Assembly: GCA_003554945.1 (NCBI GenBank)
Contig: PWHN01000050.1
Location: forward strand, 19,272 to 83,271
Source: a bacterium
GTDB lineage: Bacteria > T1Sed10-126
DNA: 64,000 nt
Direction of reading: 5' to 3'
Every line of letters begins with the position of its first letter. The stretch's first letter is position 1. The position numbers and the translations under genes are program-made. This document shows, in pieces, positions 32,987-42,226 of this stretch. The notes under the pieces were generated by a model, which saw only the letters and a program-made list of their open reading frames with translations, had not been told where the DNA came from and searched no databases.

Positions 32987-33925
32987 TTATAAATTCTCAA
33001 GTAATTCTCTCGCCCGCTCGGGCGCTCCATCGCTGGCTGTAACAGCCTGCAGCATTTGCCGCGCTTCGTTCACACGCTCCTCCTCAAGTAGTACTTCGGC
33101 ACAAAGTGTCTGAATTTTGAGGTTCTCCTGGAGCTCACTACTTGCCTGCAAAACCGCCCGCGCCTCCGCCGGTTGAGCTAAATCCAAACTCACCCGGGCC
33201 AGGGCCAAGCGATACTGCGTGGTTAACTCCAATTCGTTGGGCTCCTGTTCTTGCAAAAGATTTAATCCTCTTTCCAATTCTTCTTGCGCCGCACGCAAAT
33301 GGTTTTCCTTGCCAGTTGCCTTTAAACTCCAGGCCCGGTTAAATATAAGAACCGGATCACTAATTCGCTGGCCCAACGCTTCATAAAATTGCAGCGCCTC
33401 TTCAAATCTTCCCAACCCATAGTTTACGTTGGCCAGTAATGTTATTAATTCCTCGGATCGTTCACCCTCTTGATGGGCTCGTAACCCATATTCTCGCCCC
33501 CGGTGCAAATAACGGTCACCGAGATGATAATAAAGATAAGCGATGTTAAAGTAATCGCGGGGCTGCAATTGCCACTCGTCTCTGGCACTTAAACGACGAT
33601 AAAGCGATAGTCCTTTTTTCACCGTTTCCTCTACATCATCCTGTTCTGCACCGGATTGAAGTTCTTTGCGTACAATTTTATAATGATGGCGTGCCGCCTG
33701 TAGAATTAAACTACCGTCGTAAGGAGACTCGCGCAGACGCTGGTGGTATTCTTCAAGTACTTCAGCATTCACATAGCTGTAAGCACCACGCCAGTAAACA
33801 TGGTAGCTATAACCAAAAAACAAAATTGCCAGCGTTAACAAACATAGCGTCGGTAACGGTTTCTTTACTAAGGATACCGTTCTTCTAATAAACGGAGTTA
33901 ACCGGCGACGCATCCTTTCGATCAT
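32987..33925 (-). CDS. TPR-repeat protein with an N-terminal membrane anchor
   Basis: An N-terminal hydrophobic segment followed by repeated 34-aa helical TPR-like units. Confidence 0.6.
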   Translation of the reverse strand: MIERMRRRLTPFIRRTVSLVKKPLPTLCLLTLAILFFGYSYHVYWRGAYSYVNAEVLEEYHQRLRESPYDGSLILQAARHHYKIVRKELQSGAEQDDVEETVKKGLSLYRRLSARDEWQLQPRDYFNIAYLYYHLGDRYLHRGREYGLRAHQEGERSEELITLLANVNYGLGRFEEALQFYEALGQRISDPVLIFNRAWSLKATGKENHLRAAQEELERGLNLLQEQEPNELELTTQYRLALARVSLDLAQPAEARAVLQASSELQENLKIQTLCAEVLLEEERVNEARQMLQAVTASDGAPERARELLENL

Positions 33926-34254
33926 TTGGTCAATCCATCCTTAATCTGAGTTAATCCTACTGTTTCACGCTTAAAAACTACTTCAAACTTAACCCCACAT
34001 TCTAACGCCGCATCGAACATTCATATTTCGGGCTCCCCCAACCTTACACGGGAAAAGAACCAAACCAGGGAAAGAGTCTTTCCTTTTCCACTCGAGAGGA
34101 GATGAAATTTAGGAACTCCTTCGGCGGGTTCTGTAAAATATGCTATGACTGTAGCATTTTCGGGTTAATTTAGATAAAATTAGATTGTGAGATTTGACAA
34201 TTATATCTGCTACAATTGTCGCTATTTTAAAATTCCAATTAAATTATACCTGAG

Positions 34255-35859
34255 GTGGAGAAAAAAATGAACTGGTTACGTGACCACATGAAAAAAATTA
34301 TTTGGATAATAGTAATTGCGTTTATACTTACGATCTTTGCCGGCTGGGGAATGGGCGGGTTGGATCGCCGGCAACCGGAACGCGATCTGGCCGTTGTAGA
34401 CGGAGAAACGATCTCCATGACCCGCTACCGGGAAATTGTTGCTCAAGTGCGCGAGGAATTCAGGGAGCGGTTAGACGCGCCGCTGGACGAGGAAACGAAT
34501 CAAAAAATTGAGGAAGAAGCTTTCCGGCGGGCGGTAAACGAAGTTCTTCTCCAGCGGCTTGCCGAAGAGGAGGGGGCGCGAGCCACAGACGAAGAAATCC
34601 GACAGTTTGTCGCAGCTCAGTTCCGTGACGAGGCCGGTCAGATAGATTATCACGAATTTCAGCAATTTCTTCAGCACATTTCACCGGCCAGACGACGGGA
34701 AATTGAGGACGATGAACGCACACGAATTGAAACCATGCGCATTTATAACTGGCTTGAAAACCAGCTCTTCATACCAGAACAGGAGATCGAGCTGGGGCTT
34801 GCAAGCGGCCTGCGAGAATTAAATCTCTACGGCCTGTTCATTGACCCTGGCAGCTTTTTAGAGGACGAAGCCATCCAGACTTATTACGAGGAAAATGAAG
34901 AAGACTTTCTCGCCCCTCCAAGCGCTCATCTCCGTCAGCTCAAATTAAGAGGAGACAAAGAACCAGAAGATCCTGAAACGGATAGGCTGGATGAAATTGG
35001 CGAGTTACGCGAACAGATTGAAAGACAATTCAGAGCCGGTATTGATTTTTCGGAACTGGCCCGGCGATATTCAGAGGATACTGAAACAGTAGACGCCGGC
35101 GGGGACGTCGGCTGGATTGAGCCGGACGCTTTGCCCGATCAACTATCGCGGGCTGCTTTCGATCTTGAAGCCGGGGAAATGAGCGATATGATTGTTTCCG
35201 ATGACAACTATTACTTCCTTTATCTTGAGGAACCGGTTGAACAGGAAGTGAAGCCGCTATCGGAGGTGGAAGCTGAGATAATACAGGAGCTGCTTACTAC
35301 CGAGCACTGGCAGAAAGCCCGCGAAGAAGCTCAGGAATTGTTTGAACAGATTACTGCAGAAGATGATGCGCTGGCTGAATTGCAGCGCCTGGCCGAGCGA
35401 TCTCATGGTTTTACTTCTACCACGGGGGGGCATTACGACTGGGTTCCAGTTCGTTTTCTCCCGGGCTATCTTGACGAACAGCTCCGGCAAAACTGGAGTG
35501 GTGAGTTAACATCCAGCCCCGATGATAATCGTATCCTCAACACGGTTACCAATACCATGTTAGATCTAATTGTAGAAGAGAAAAGCGTTGCAGAACCAGT
35601 TGAAACTGACTATGGCCTGCTCATTCTCGGTGCACAGGAACACCGTCCCGGGCAGCCGGAAGAACTCACCGCTGAAGAAGAAGAGACATTCAAAAACTAC
35701 ATCCGGGGAGAAAAAATTAACCACTACGTAGAGGGCTGGCTGCGGTGGAAGCGGCTCAGCGCCGAAGTCGAACTTGAAGTGGATGAGGATAGAATTGGAG
35801 GACGTTCTGCAGAAGAGGTGCTGGGAGATATACTCGAATTTGAGTTAGAAACTATCTAA
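34255..35859 (+). CDS. PpiD-like membrane-anchored parvulin peptidyl-prolyl isomerase / chaperone
   Basis: An N-terminal TM (IIWIIVIAFILTIFAGWGMG) and a parvulin PPIase signature (DFSELARRYSEDTETVDAGGDVGWIEPDALPDQL). Confidence 0.7.
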   Translation: MEKKMNWLRDHMKKIIWIIVIAFILTIFAGWGMGGLDRRQPERDLAVVDGETISMTRYREIVAQVREEFRERLDAPLDEETNQKIEEEAFRRAVNEVLLQRLAEEEGARATDEEIRQFVAAQFRDEAGQIDYHEFQQFLQHISPARRREIEDDERTRIETMRIYNWLENQLFIPEQEIELGLASGLRELNLYGLFIDPGSFLEDEAIQTYYEENEEDFLAPPSAHLRQLKLRGDKEPEDPETDRLDEIGELREQIERQFRAGIDFSELARRYSEDTETVDAGGDVGWIEPDALPDQLSRAAFDLEAGEMSDMIVSDDNYYFLYLEEPVEQEVKPLSEVEAEIIQELLTTEHWQKAREEAQELFEQITAEDDALAELQRLAERSHGFTSTTGGHYDWVPVRFLPGYLDEQLRQNWSGELTSSPDDNRILNTVTNTMLDLIVEEKSVAEPVETDYGLLILGAQEHRPGQPEELTAEEEETFKNYIRGEKINHYVEGWLRWKRLSAEVELEVDEDRIGGRSAEEVLGDILEFELETI

Positions 35860-36590
35860 CCTAATATGTGAACCTCTCTTACCTGGCGGCCAAATAACAG
35901 CGCGTCTTCGCGAGAGTTATAGAGCAAATCAACTCTGTTGCCCTTGATTGCTCCCCCTACATCTGCCGCGATTCCATAACCGTATCCCTCGACATAAAGC
36001 AGAGTCCCAAGCGGAATAACACGCGGGTCAACAGCAATTAATCCGTATTCCGCGGGAAGACCAACGGCGGAATAACCGTCCGTGTAAGGAGCGGTGTCCA
36101 AAAAGTGGGGCGAATAAGCCGTAGCCACCATTGTCATCGACCCCTTCTCCAGCACTTCTTCCAACCGCTTGTTTCGAAACTGCGCATTTCCTCTAAGAAT
36201 CACGCGTGGACTACCGTCTTCACCTGATCTCCCCCCCTGGATAACAAGTTCTCGCCCCGCGGGCAGCGCTGTGGAGTTTATTTTTCTTTTTTCTACTTCT
36301 TGCTCCCAGCGGCTCGCGGCAGACTCGCCTTCACCGTTGCGTAGAAATATGTTCATTCCTTTTATAAAGTCTGAATTTGGTGATGGAAAGAGCGAATCGT
36401 ATGAATCAGGATCTATTTCGTTGTCACGCAGGGCTTCTTCAACCGTTTCAGCACGCGAGTATATTTCAACCTGTTCACCGTTGGTATGCAGGGTAGCTGT
36501 TACCCCCTCGGGTTTTTCAGCCTCCAGCAACATTGGTAAAGTGACCATAAACATCAATATTAGCAAACCGGTTAATCTAACAGTTTTCAT
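35856..36590 (-). CDS. secreted 3D-domain (MltA-like) cell-wall protein
   Basis: A signal peptide and a C-terminal 3D-domain motif (GTLLYVEGYGYGIAADVGGAIKGNRVDLLY). Confidence 0.65.
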   Translation of the reverse strand: MKTVRLTGLLILMFMVTLPMLLEAEKPEGVTATLHTNGEQVEIYSRAETVEEALRDNEIDPDSYDSLFPSPNSDFIKGMNIFLRNGEGESAASRWEQEVEKRKINSTALPAGRELVIQGGRSGEDGSPRVILRGNAQFRNKRLEEVLEKGSMTMVATAYSPHFLDTAPYTDGYSAVGLPAEYGLIAVDPRVIPLGTLLYVEGYGYGIAADVGGAIKGNRVDLLYNSREDALLFGRQVREVHILG

Positions 36591-36988
36591 ACTTCTCGCC
36601 CCTTTTTCAAAAAATTAGCCCGTTCTATTCAGGAACTTCAAATGAATAGACCGCCTGAAGATCCGCCCATTCTCGGCAAAATACCCTGTGGGAAAAGATG
36701 ATATTCCCTGGCCTATTTGGTGGGTGCGTCTGCTGGGTCATCTCTTTCTGACGCCGTAAAAATATACCACATCTTCAGCCTCAGGTCAATTTTTTTTTAA
36801 CAGCTCTCAGAGCCTAACCTGAATAATTCACAAAAAAATGAAGAAAACCCTTAATTTTTTTCAAAATTATGTTCATAATAGTAATGAGTTCACTCTAACC
36901 CCCTTCTTTGTCCTTCCTGTAAAAGCAGGAATCCGTGGGGTAGAGCAGTAATTACCAAACTAAATCACACAAAGGTAGGGATTAACTA

Positions 36989-37630
36989 ATGTTTTTTGGT
37001 CAAAAAGAATCAGAAGTTAAAGAGTTGCTTCACAAGCATTTACAGTCGGTTGGTGACTGTCTGGATGTATTTGAGGATATGATGGAGAGCTACCTAAAAG
37101 GCAAGAAGGACTTCCGTGACCTCTCTTTCAAAGTCCACGAAGCCGAGCACGAAGCCGATAACATCAGACGAAAAATTGAGACCCAGATCTACGAGGGCGC
37201 TTTCATGCCTGCTTACCGGGGCGACTACATAACGCTGGTTGAACACATAGATAAGATCGCTAACCGCGCCGAGACCATCAGCGACTTTGTTGCTCAGCAG
37301 AACCCCCTCATCCCCGACGACCTTACCAGCCGAGTTGAGGCACTTACAAAATCCTCTATAGATTGCATAAACCCTCTGCTTGAAATTATCAAAGTAATGG
37401 ACCAGAACTGGGAAGAAGCACGCAAAAGAGCCCAGCAGGTGGAAAATGCCGAGCAAGAGGTGGATCAGATGGAGTGGAAATTAATTCGAGACATTTTTGA
37501 ACGGGATGATTTAGAACTTGCCGAAAAAATGCAGGCTCGTGATTTGATTCACTTGATTGCTTCTATCTCCGACAGGATGGAGACTATCTCCGACAGAATT
37601 GACATTATGCTGGCCAAACGAAGCCTCTAA
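36989..37630 (+). CDS. DUF47 (PhoU-like, Pit accessory) family protein
   Basis: 213 aa, all helical. N-terminal pattern EVKELLxKHLQxVGDCLDVFEDM typical of TIGR00153/DUF47. Confidence 0.55.
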   Translation: MFFGQKESEVKELLHKHLQSVGDCLDVFEDMMESYLKGKKDFRDLSFKVHEAEHEADNIRRKIETQIYEGAFMPAYRGDYITLVEHIDKIANRAETISDFVAQQNPLIPDDLTSRVEALTKSSIDCINPLLEIIKVMDQNWEEARKRAQQVENAEQEVDQMEWKLIRDIFERDDLELAEKMQARDLIHLIASISDRMETISDRIDIMLAKRSL

Positions 37631-37632
37631 CC

Positions 37633-38724
37633 TCACTTACCTCGCCAGAGGCGATAAAGCAGTATCGTCCCCAGACCACCAAAAGCTATGTTGGGAAGCC
37701 ACAGGGCAAGATTGTAATGTATCCAGCCCTGTACCGCCAGTGGTTCAAGCAAAACCATCAAAACGTAGTAGCTGAATATAATAAGTAGACTCATTACAAA
37801 GCCCATTGCTTTACCGCTTTTTTGAGCAAGCATACCAAGGGGAGCCGAAACCAGCACTAAGAAGAATGGTGCCATTGGCAGGGCAAGCTCCCGATGAAAT
37901 TCCAGCATTTCTGAACGATAATCCTCCTGTAGACGGCGCAAATCTTCCTCATCCGCCGACTCTGTCTTCGCCTCCCTGTAATTTTGTCGTTTTTCTGCAG
38001 CCCGGCTATAAAGATCCCGTAGACTTGCCGCATCTTCTTCTCCCGGGGCGGCCGCCATGCCCCGCATGTCCACTTCTACTTCCTGTTTCTGGAAACTAAT
38101 TCGCCTGAACCCCCCGTCCGCCAGCTTCTGATGCATAGTGCCATTTTGCAACAGAAGCACATATTTGTCCGCAACTTCCTCGGTCCAGCGACCACTACGG
38201 GCAAAAATATCCACCGGCTGGTCCTCACTGCGATCCTCAAGATAGACGTCATACATCTCGGCTCCGTCCACTTCCCCGGCATAAATGGTATAAGGCCCCA
38301 GGTCCAGGTAGCTCTCCGCCGTTAGTAATCTCTCCGGCGAGGGGAGCGCCATCTCTCTTAAGAGCTCATTACGAAATTCGGCCAGGGCCGGCTGTCCGTA
38401 GTGGCGCAACCCCACCAGACCTCCCGAAAGTAGCAGAGAAGCAATCAACGCGGGCAGGACCAGCGATGTCAGGGAAAACCCGGCCACACGAAACGCTGTC
38501 AACTCATTGTCCGCCGCCAGACGACCATAACCCATTAAAACGGCCAGGATCGCCGCCATCGGCGTGGTAAGAAATAACGTCTCCGGCAGTCCGGCCGCAA
38601 CTAACATGAGCATACGAGGGAAGGAAAAACCGTGGGTGATTACAGACTCGGTCAACTCGTAAAGGCCGTGCAGAAGAAATATGCCGGTAAACAACGCCAG
38701 TCCCAGAAAAAAGGGAACCAGCAA
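37633..38724 (-). CDS. LptF/LptG-family LPS export permease
   Basis: 363 aa with 6 TMs and a central periplasmic domain, matching the YjgP/YjgQ pattern. Immediately downstream of the lptD-like gene. Confidence 0.72.
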   Translation of the reverse strand: MLVPFFLGLALFTGIFLLHGLYELTESVITHGFSFPRMLMLVAAGLPETLFLTTPMAAILAVLMGYGRLAADNELTAFRVAGFSLTSLVLPALIASLLLSGGLVGLRHYGQPALAEFRNELLREMALPSPERLLTAESYLDLGPYTIYAGEVDGAEMYDVYLEDRSEDQPVDIFARSGRWTEEVADKYVLLLQNGTMHQKLADGGFRRISFQKQEVEVDMRGMAAAPGEEDAASLRDLYSRAAEKRQNYREAKTESADEEDLRRLQEDYRSEMLEFHRELALPMAPFFLVLVSAPLGMLAQKSGKAMGFVMSLLIIFSYYVLMVLLEPLAVQGWIHYNLALWLPNIAFGGLGTILLYRLWRGK

Positions 38725-38840
38725 CTCTTTTAATAAATATCGAGTCGTCAGCTTCAGAATAAATCACTCGCCCTCGTTAGAATCGCTACTATAAATCTCG
38801 ATTTAGCCCTGTTTAGCGCATACTTACAAATGCAGCTTAT

Positions 38841-38880
38841 TCCGTCATTCCGGGCGGAGCGAAGCGGAGACCCGGAATCC
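38841..38880. repeat. CATTCCGG hairpin repeat, copy A
   Basis: CGTCATTCCGGGCGGAGCGAAGCGGAGACCCGGAATCCA forms an 8-bp stem (ATTCCGGG / CCCGGAAT). The same termini recur at 63231 and, in inverted orientation, at 41207. Confidence 0.5.
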
Positions 38881-38894
38881 ATAGCTTTTTACCC

Positions 38895-41012
38895 TCACTG
38901 CCGATCAATCGACCCGGTTAAATCTATCTCGTCCCTGTCAAGATGTCGCTCCAGCCCAACGCCACGGTCAGGATAATCTGCCAGGGTAAACATAACCCAG
39001 ATCTGTCGATCGTCGGAGCGTAACTGCCGATACATCAACTGCATGTCCCAGCAGTGCAGGTTGCGATCAAGTAAAAACGTCATCTCGTCAAATTCAGAGC
39101 CTTTTAAATTATAGGTTACGTCCCCCCGAACGCGCCAATGGTCCTCAACTATTGACCAGTCAAAATCATGCCTGAAATGAGATAGGTTTTCAGCATCCTC
39201 ACGCCGGTTAAAATTCCAGCCAAAACCAAAATTTAAACTCCCGCTCGGCTTAAAATCCCAGCTCGTGTTGAGCTGGCGGAATTTACGCTCGGGTGGATCG
39301 TAACGTAAAAATTGATTCCACTCCCAGTAATCTGTTAACTCTGAATTAGCATGTAAACGGACCGGCAGCATCCGGCTATCCGAGGCAACTCTTGATTTTT
39401 CCGGCTGGCGTAAATCCAGACCACCGTCCAGGTTAAAATACGAGCGCTGCCCCCGATAGGACAGATTGGCTCCCAGCGCATGTTCGTCGCGCCCATGTTT
39501 CTCTCGTTCTTCCTCTTTTAACCCCAGTTCATCCGCTTCCAGAACCGCCTCACTTTTTTTGCTGGTCCGCTGACGGAGTAGATAGTCAACTTCAAGGGCC
39601 AGACGGTTGGTGGGTTGAACAACGTTGCGCAGCCGAAAACCGGCACGGCCAAACAAATTGTCTCCAAGTTCCCCCGCTCGCCGTCTTTCACGGTAACTCA
39701 GGTCATAGGAAAATCGGTAGGATTGACGGAACAATGGATGCCAGTATTGTGACCTGCTCAGACCGCCCTCAAGGTAACCGTCCCATAAAAACTCTTCCCC
39801 GAAATGTGGAAACTCACGCTTCACTTCAAAATCCAGATCATAACTACCGCGCAATAAATCTGCTGGTAGACGACGTGGAAAAACCCGATAACTCACTCTT
39901 GGCCCCAGGGCGTGATGCCGCTCGAAATTATCTATTTCCCCCTCCTTTTCCTCGTAATCACGCTGCTCCTCTCGAACTTCGGTTCTAAGTAAAGTTCCGT
40001 CTCCGTGATAGCTAAGCGACGCCCTGGCACTTCTGTCCATGTCCGCCCGGGGAGCTAATTGGGTCGCAAAATCGCGCTCGAATCGTCGGTAGTTCTGCCA
40101 GCTAACATCTGATTTGAATCGCCAGCTTTCACCGTTAAAACGATGATTAAATCGGGAACCTATCTGCCAGACTCGCTCACGTTTTTGGGCCCGCACTTCG
40201 TTGTCATCCGCGTCCAGAACCAGTGGCCGCCGCCTCGACTGAAAATATGAGAGATAAGCCTCGGTAGCGTTACGCTCGTAATTAAAATCTACCCCGTAAC
40301 CGGGTCGGACGTATTCACGCCAGTCCGTATATATTGTCCCCGTAAACGGATAGCCGTCTTCCTCCAATAAATAATGATAATTGGCTTCCAGAGATATCCC
40401 GTCTCGCGAACGATAACCGGGCCGTAACTCCCAGCGCCTTAGTCGATCCTTGAGATCAATTGCTATCCAGGGCCAGTAAAAAACAGGGGTGTGAGCGAAC
40501 CAGACGACATTGTTATACCCGGTTATCCAGTCGCCGGGGTAATAATAATAAGTACTCCCGGTAAGATAAAAATGGGGGACTTCAAGCTCACAGGTGCTCA
40601 AACGCCCACCTTTTAAGACCATCATCTCGTCCGCAATTCCCTCTATACTTCTGGCGCTAACATACCAGGGCAATAGCCTACCGCTTACCTCGTCCACCGA
40701 GACCTCCCTGGTTGCTCGATTTAAAATTATATACTCACCTTCCATTTCCTGATCCCCATAGACAAGCTTAGCTCCCTGGCTCGCTATTATTAGCTCAGTT
40801 TCCTCCTCATAAACAACCCGGCCGGCATACAAATTCCGCCCCGCCCAGCTCACATGCACATTCCCGTCAGCTATAAATTTTTCGCCCGCGTCCACCAGGA
40901 TTTGATCGGCCCGCTCTATTGCAATAGGCTCCTCGGATGCAATTGCCTGCGGGACAGTTAGAAAACTGACGACTGCTATAGATATTAGGAAAAACAATTT
41001 TCTCATCAACAA
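38895..41012 (-). CDS. lptD: LptD-like outer-membrane LPS assembly protein
   Basis: 705 aa with a signal peptide (…AIASEEP), an N-terminal OstA-like jellyroll region, then an R/Y/W-rich amphipathic-strand-rich sequence typical of a large beta-barrel. Adjacent to LptF/G. Confidence 0.55.
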   Translation of the reverse strand: MLMRKLFFLISIAVVSFLTVPQAIASEEPIAIERADQILVDAGEKFIADGNVHVSWAGRNLYAGRVVYEEETELIIASQGAKLVYGDQEMEGEYIILNRATREVSVDEVSGRLLPWYVSARSIEGIADEMMVLKGGRLSTCELEVPHFYLTGSTYYYYPGDWITGYNNVVWFAHTPVFYWPWIAIDLKDRLRRWELRPGYRSRDGISLEANYHYLLEEDGYPFTGTIYTDWREYVRPGYGVDFNYERNATEAYLSYFQSRRRPLVLDADDNEVRAQKRERVWQIGSRFNHRFNGESWRFKSDVSWQNYRRFERDFATQLAPRADMDRSARASLSYHGDGTLLRTEVREEQRDYEEKEGEIDNFERHHALGPRVSYRVFPRRLPADLLRGSYDLDFEVKREFPHFGEEFLWDGYLEGGLSRSQYWHPLFRQSYRFSYDLSYRERRRAGELGDNLFGRAGFRLRNVVQPTNRLALEVDYLLRQRTSKKSEAVLEADELGLKEEEREKHGRDEHALGANLSYRGQRSYFNLDGGLDLRQPEKSRVASDSRMLPVRLHANSELTDYWEWNQFLRYDPPERKFRQLNTSWDFKPSGSLNFGFGWNFNRREDAENLSHFRHDFDWSIVEDHWRVRGDVTYNLKGSEFDEMTFLLDRNLHCWDMQLMYRQLRSDDRQIWVMFTLADYPDRGVGLERHLDRDEIDLTGSIDRQ

Positions 41013-41096
41013 TCACTCACCACTTCACAATCAGAACAAACTATCTTGAACTATTCACAAATATTTTAACCCCTGAACAAATTAATTACCACTTCC

Positions 41097-41243
41097 TTTG
41101 ACACACAGCGCCTCCTAACGATTTCGGCATTGCCGGGCTTGACCCGGCAATCCATCTTGAAGTTACCATAGATTCCAGATCTTTGGGCACTACGTGCCCT
41201 TGTCCGGAATGACGTCGGTGGTTCTGTTTGACACACAGCGCCC
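41097..41243. repeat. 17-bp direct repeats flanking a ~110-nt palindromic element, with a candidate rplU promoter
   Basis: TTTGACACACAGCGCC occurs at 41097 and again at 41226. Between the copies lie the hairpins CATTGCCGGG-CTTGA-CCCGGCAATCC and GGGCAC-TAC-GTGCCC, plus TCCGGAATGACG. The second copy supplies TTGACA, then 17 nt, then TAAACT, about 55 nt upstream of rplU. Confidence 0.45.
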
Positions 41244-41309
41244 CTTATAGTAAACTTTTTGGCCCTATATTATTAATCGACTGAATTTATCACAGGAGGT
41301 ATTATTAAA

Positions 41310-41624
41310 ATGTATGCTATCTTTGCCCTTGGAGAACACCAATATCGGGCTGAACCTGATTCGGAAGTGACGGTTTTCCGCCGTGACGTCGAAGAAGGCG
41401 AAGAGATCGAACTGGAGGACGTGCTTCTCGTAAAAGACGGCGATGACGTAAAAATTGGCACCCCAAAAGTAGAGGGGGCCACTATTACAGCTCGAGTTGA
41501 GGACCACTTCCGCGGCGACAAAATAACTGTTTTTAACTACAAACGTCGCGAGGGTCGGCGGCGCAAACTGGGCCATCGTGACGACTTAACCCGTCTGCGA
41601 ATTGAGTCCATTAACCTGAACTGA
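41310..41624 (+). CDS. rplU: 50S ribosomal protein L21
   Basis: MYAIFALGEHQYRAE...HRDDLTRLRIESI matches the L21 signature. Confidence 0.93.
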   Translation: MYAIFALGEHQYRAEPDSEVTVFRRDVEEGEEIELEDVLLVKDGDDVKIGTPKVEGATITARVEDHFRGDKITVFNYKRREGRRRKLGHRDDLTRLRIESINLN

Positions 41625-41975
41625 ATGATTGAAGTCAGGCTTTACCGCCACCCGCAACATGGATTGACCGGGATGGAAGCTGTCGGGCACGCAGGCGAAG
41701 AACCACGTGGATCTAATCTGCTCTGCGCTGCCTTTTCCACACTGTTCGAGGTTCTTGTCGCCGGGGCAAATAATTTGCCTGCGGAAAGCGTTGACTACGT
41801 TCGAGACGAGCAAAAAAACCACTGGAAACTAGTCGCTGAGCCGGATTTGATCCCCTCAACTGACTGGGGAGCGTTCAGACACACTTTGAAATCGACTGCA
41901 TCCGTCGCCGGACAGATCGTTGATTCTAACCCCGACCGGTGCCAGTTAACCCAGCTTACTCATAAAACAAATTAA
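41625..41975 (+). CDS. prp: ribosomal-processing cysteine protease Prp homologue (DUF464/YsxB)
   Basis: 116 aa sitting between rplU and rpmA. It has the Prp His and Cys motifs, AVGHAG and NLLCAAFSTL (compare Staphylococcus aureus GHADHG...DIVCAGASAV). Confidence 0.75.
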   Translation: MIEVRLYRHPQHGLTGMEAVGHAGEEPRGSNLLCAAFSTLFEVLVAGANNLPAESVDYVRDEQKNHWKLVAEPDLIPSTDWGAFRHTLKSTASVAGQIVDSNPDRCQLTQLTHKTN

Positions 41976-42008
41976 AAACAGAATCTTCCCCCGGTTTTGT
42001 CATTGTAT

Positions 42009-42057
42009 CCCCCCCCTTTGTCTTTCCCCCCTTGAAGGGGGGAAAAAGAAAGGGGGG
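42009..42057. repeat. R2 G/C-run long hairpin, second copy
   Basis: C8-TTTGTCTTT-C6-TTGAA-G6-AAAAAGAAA-G6 folds as a ~21-bp imperfect stem. It is related to 4672-4715 (C6TTTGCGTTTC6-TTCAA-G6AAAGATAAGG). Confidence 0.55.
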
Positions 42058-42226
42058 ATGACGCTGCAAGATTCTGATTAAAAATCGCTGGTAATTCTTG
42101 TACAAACAACTTATAATATTGTTGAGTCATCTGAAAAAATTCCTTCTGCATTGAAGGAGAGAGTAATTTTTTTGGAGTGGACTCATTATTGTTTCTGAAG
42201 ATTACTGAATTTCAGGAGGTAAACCA

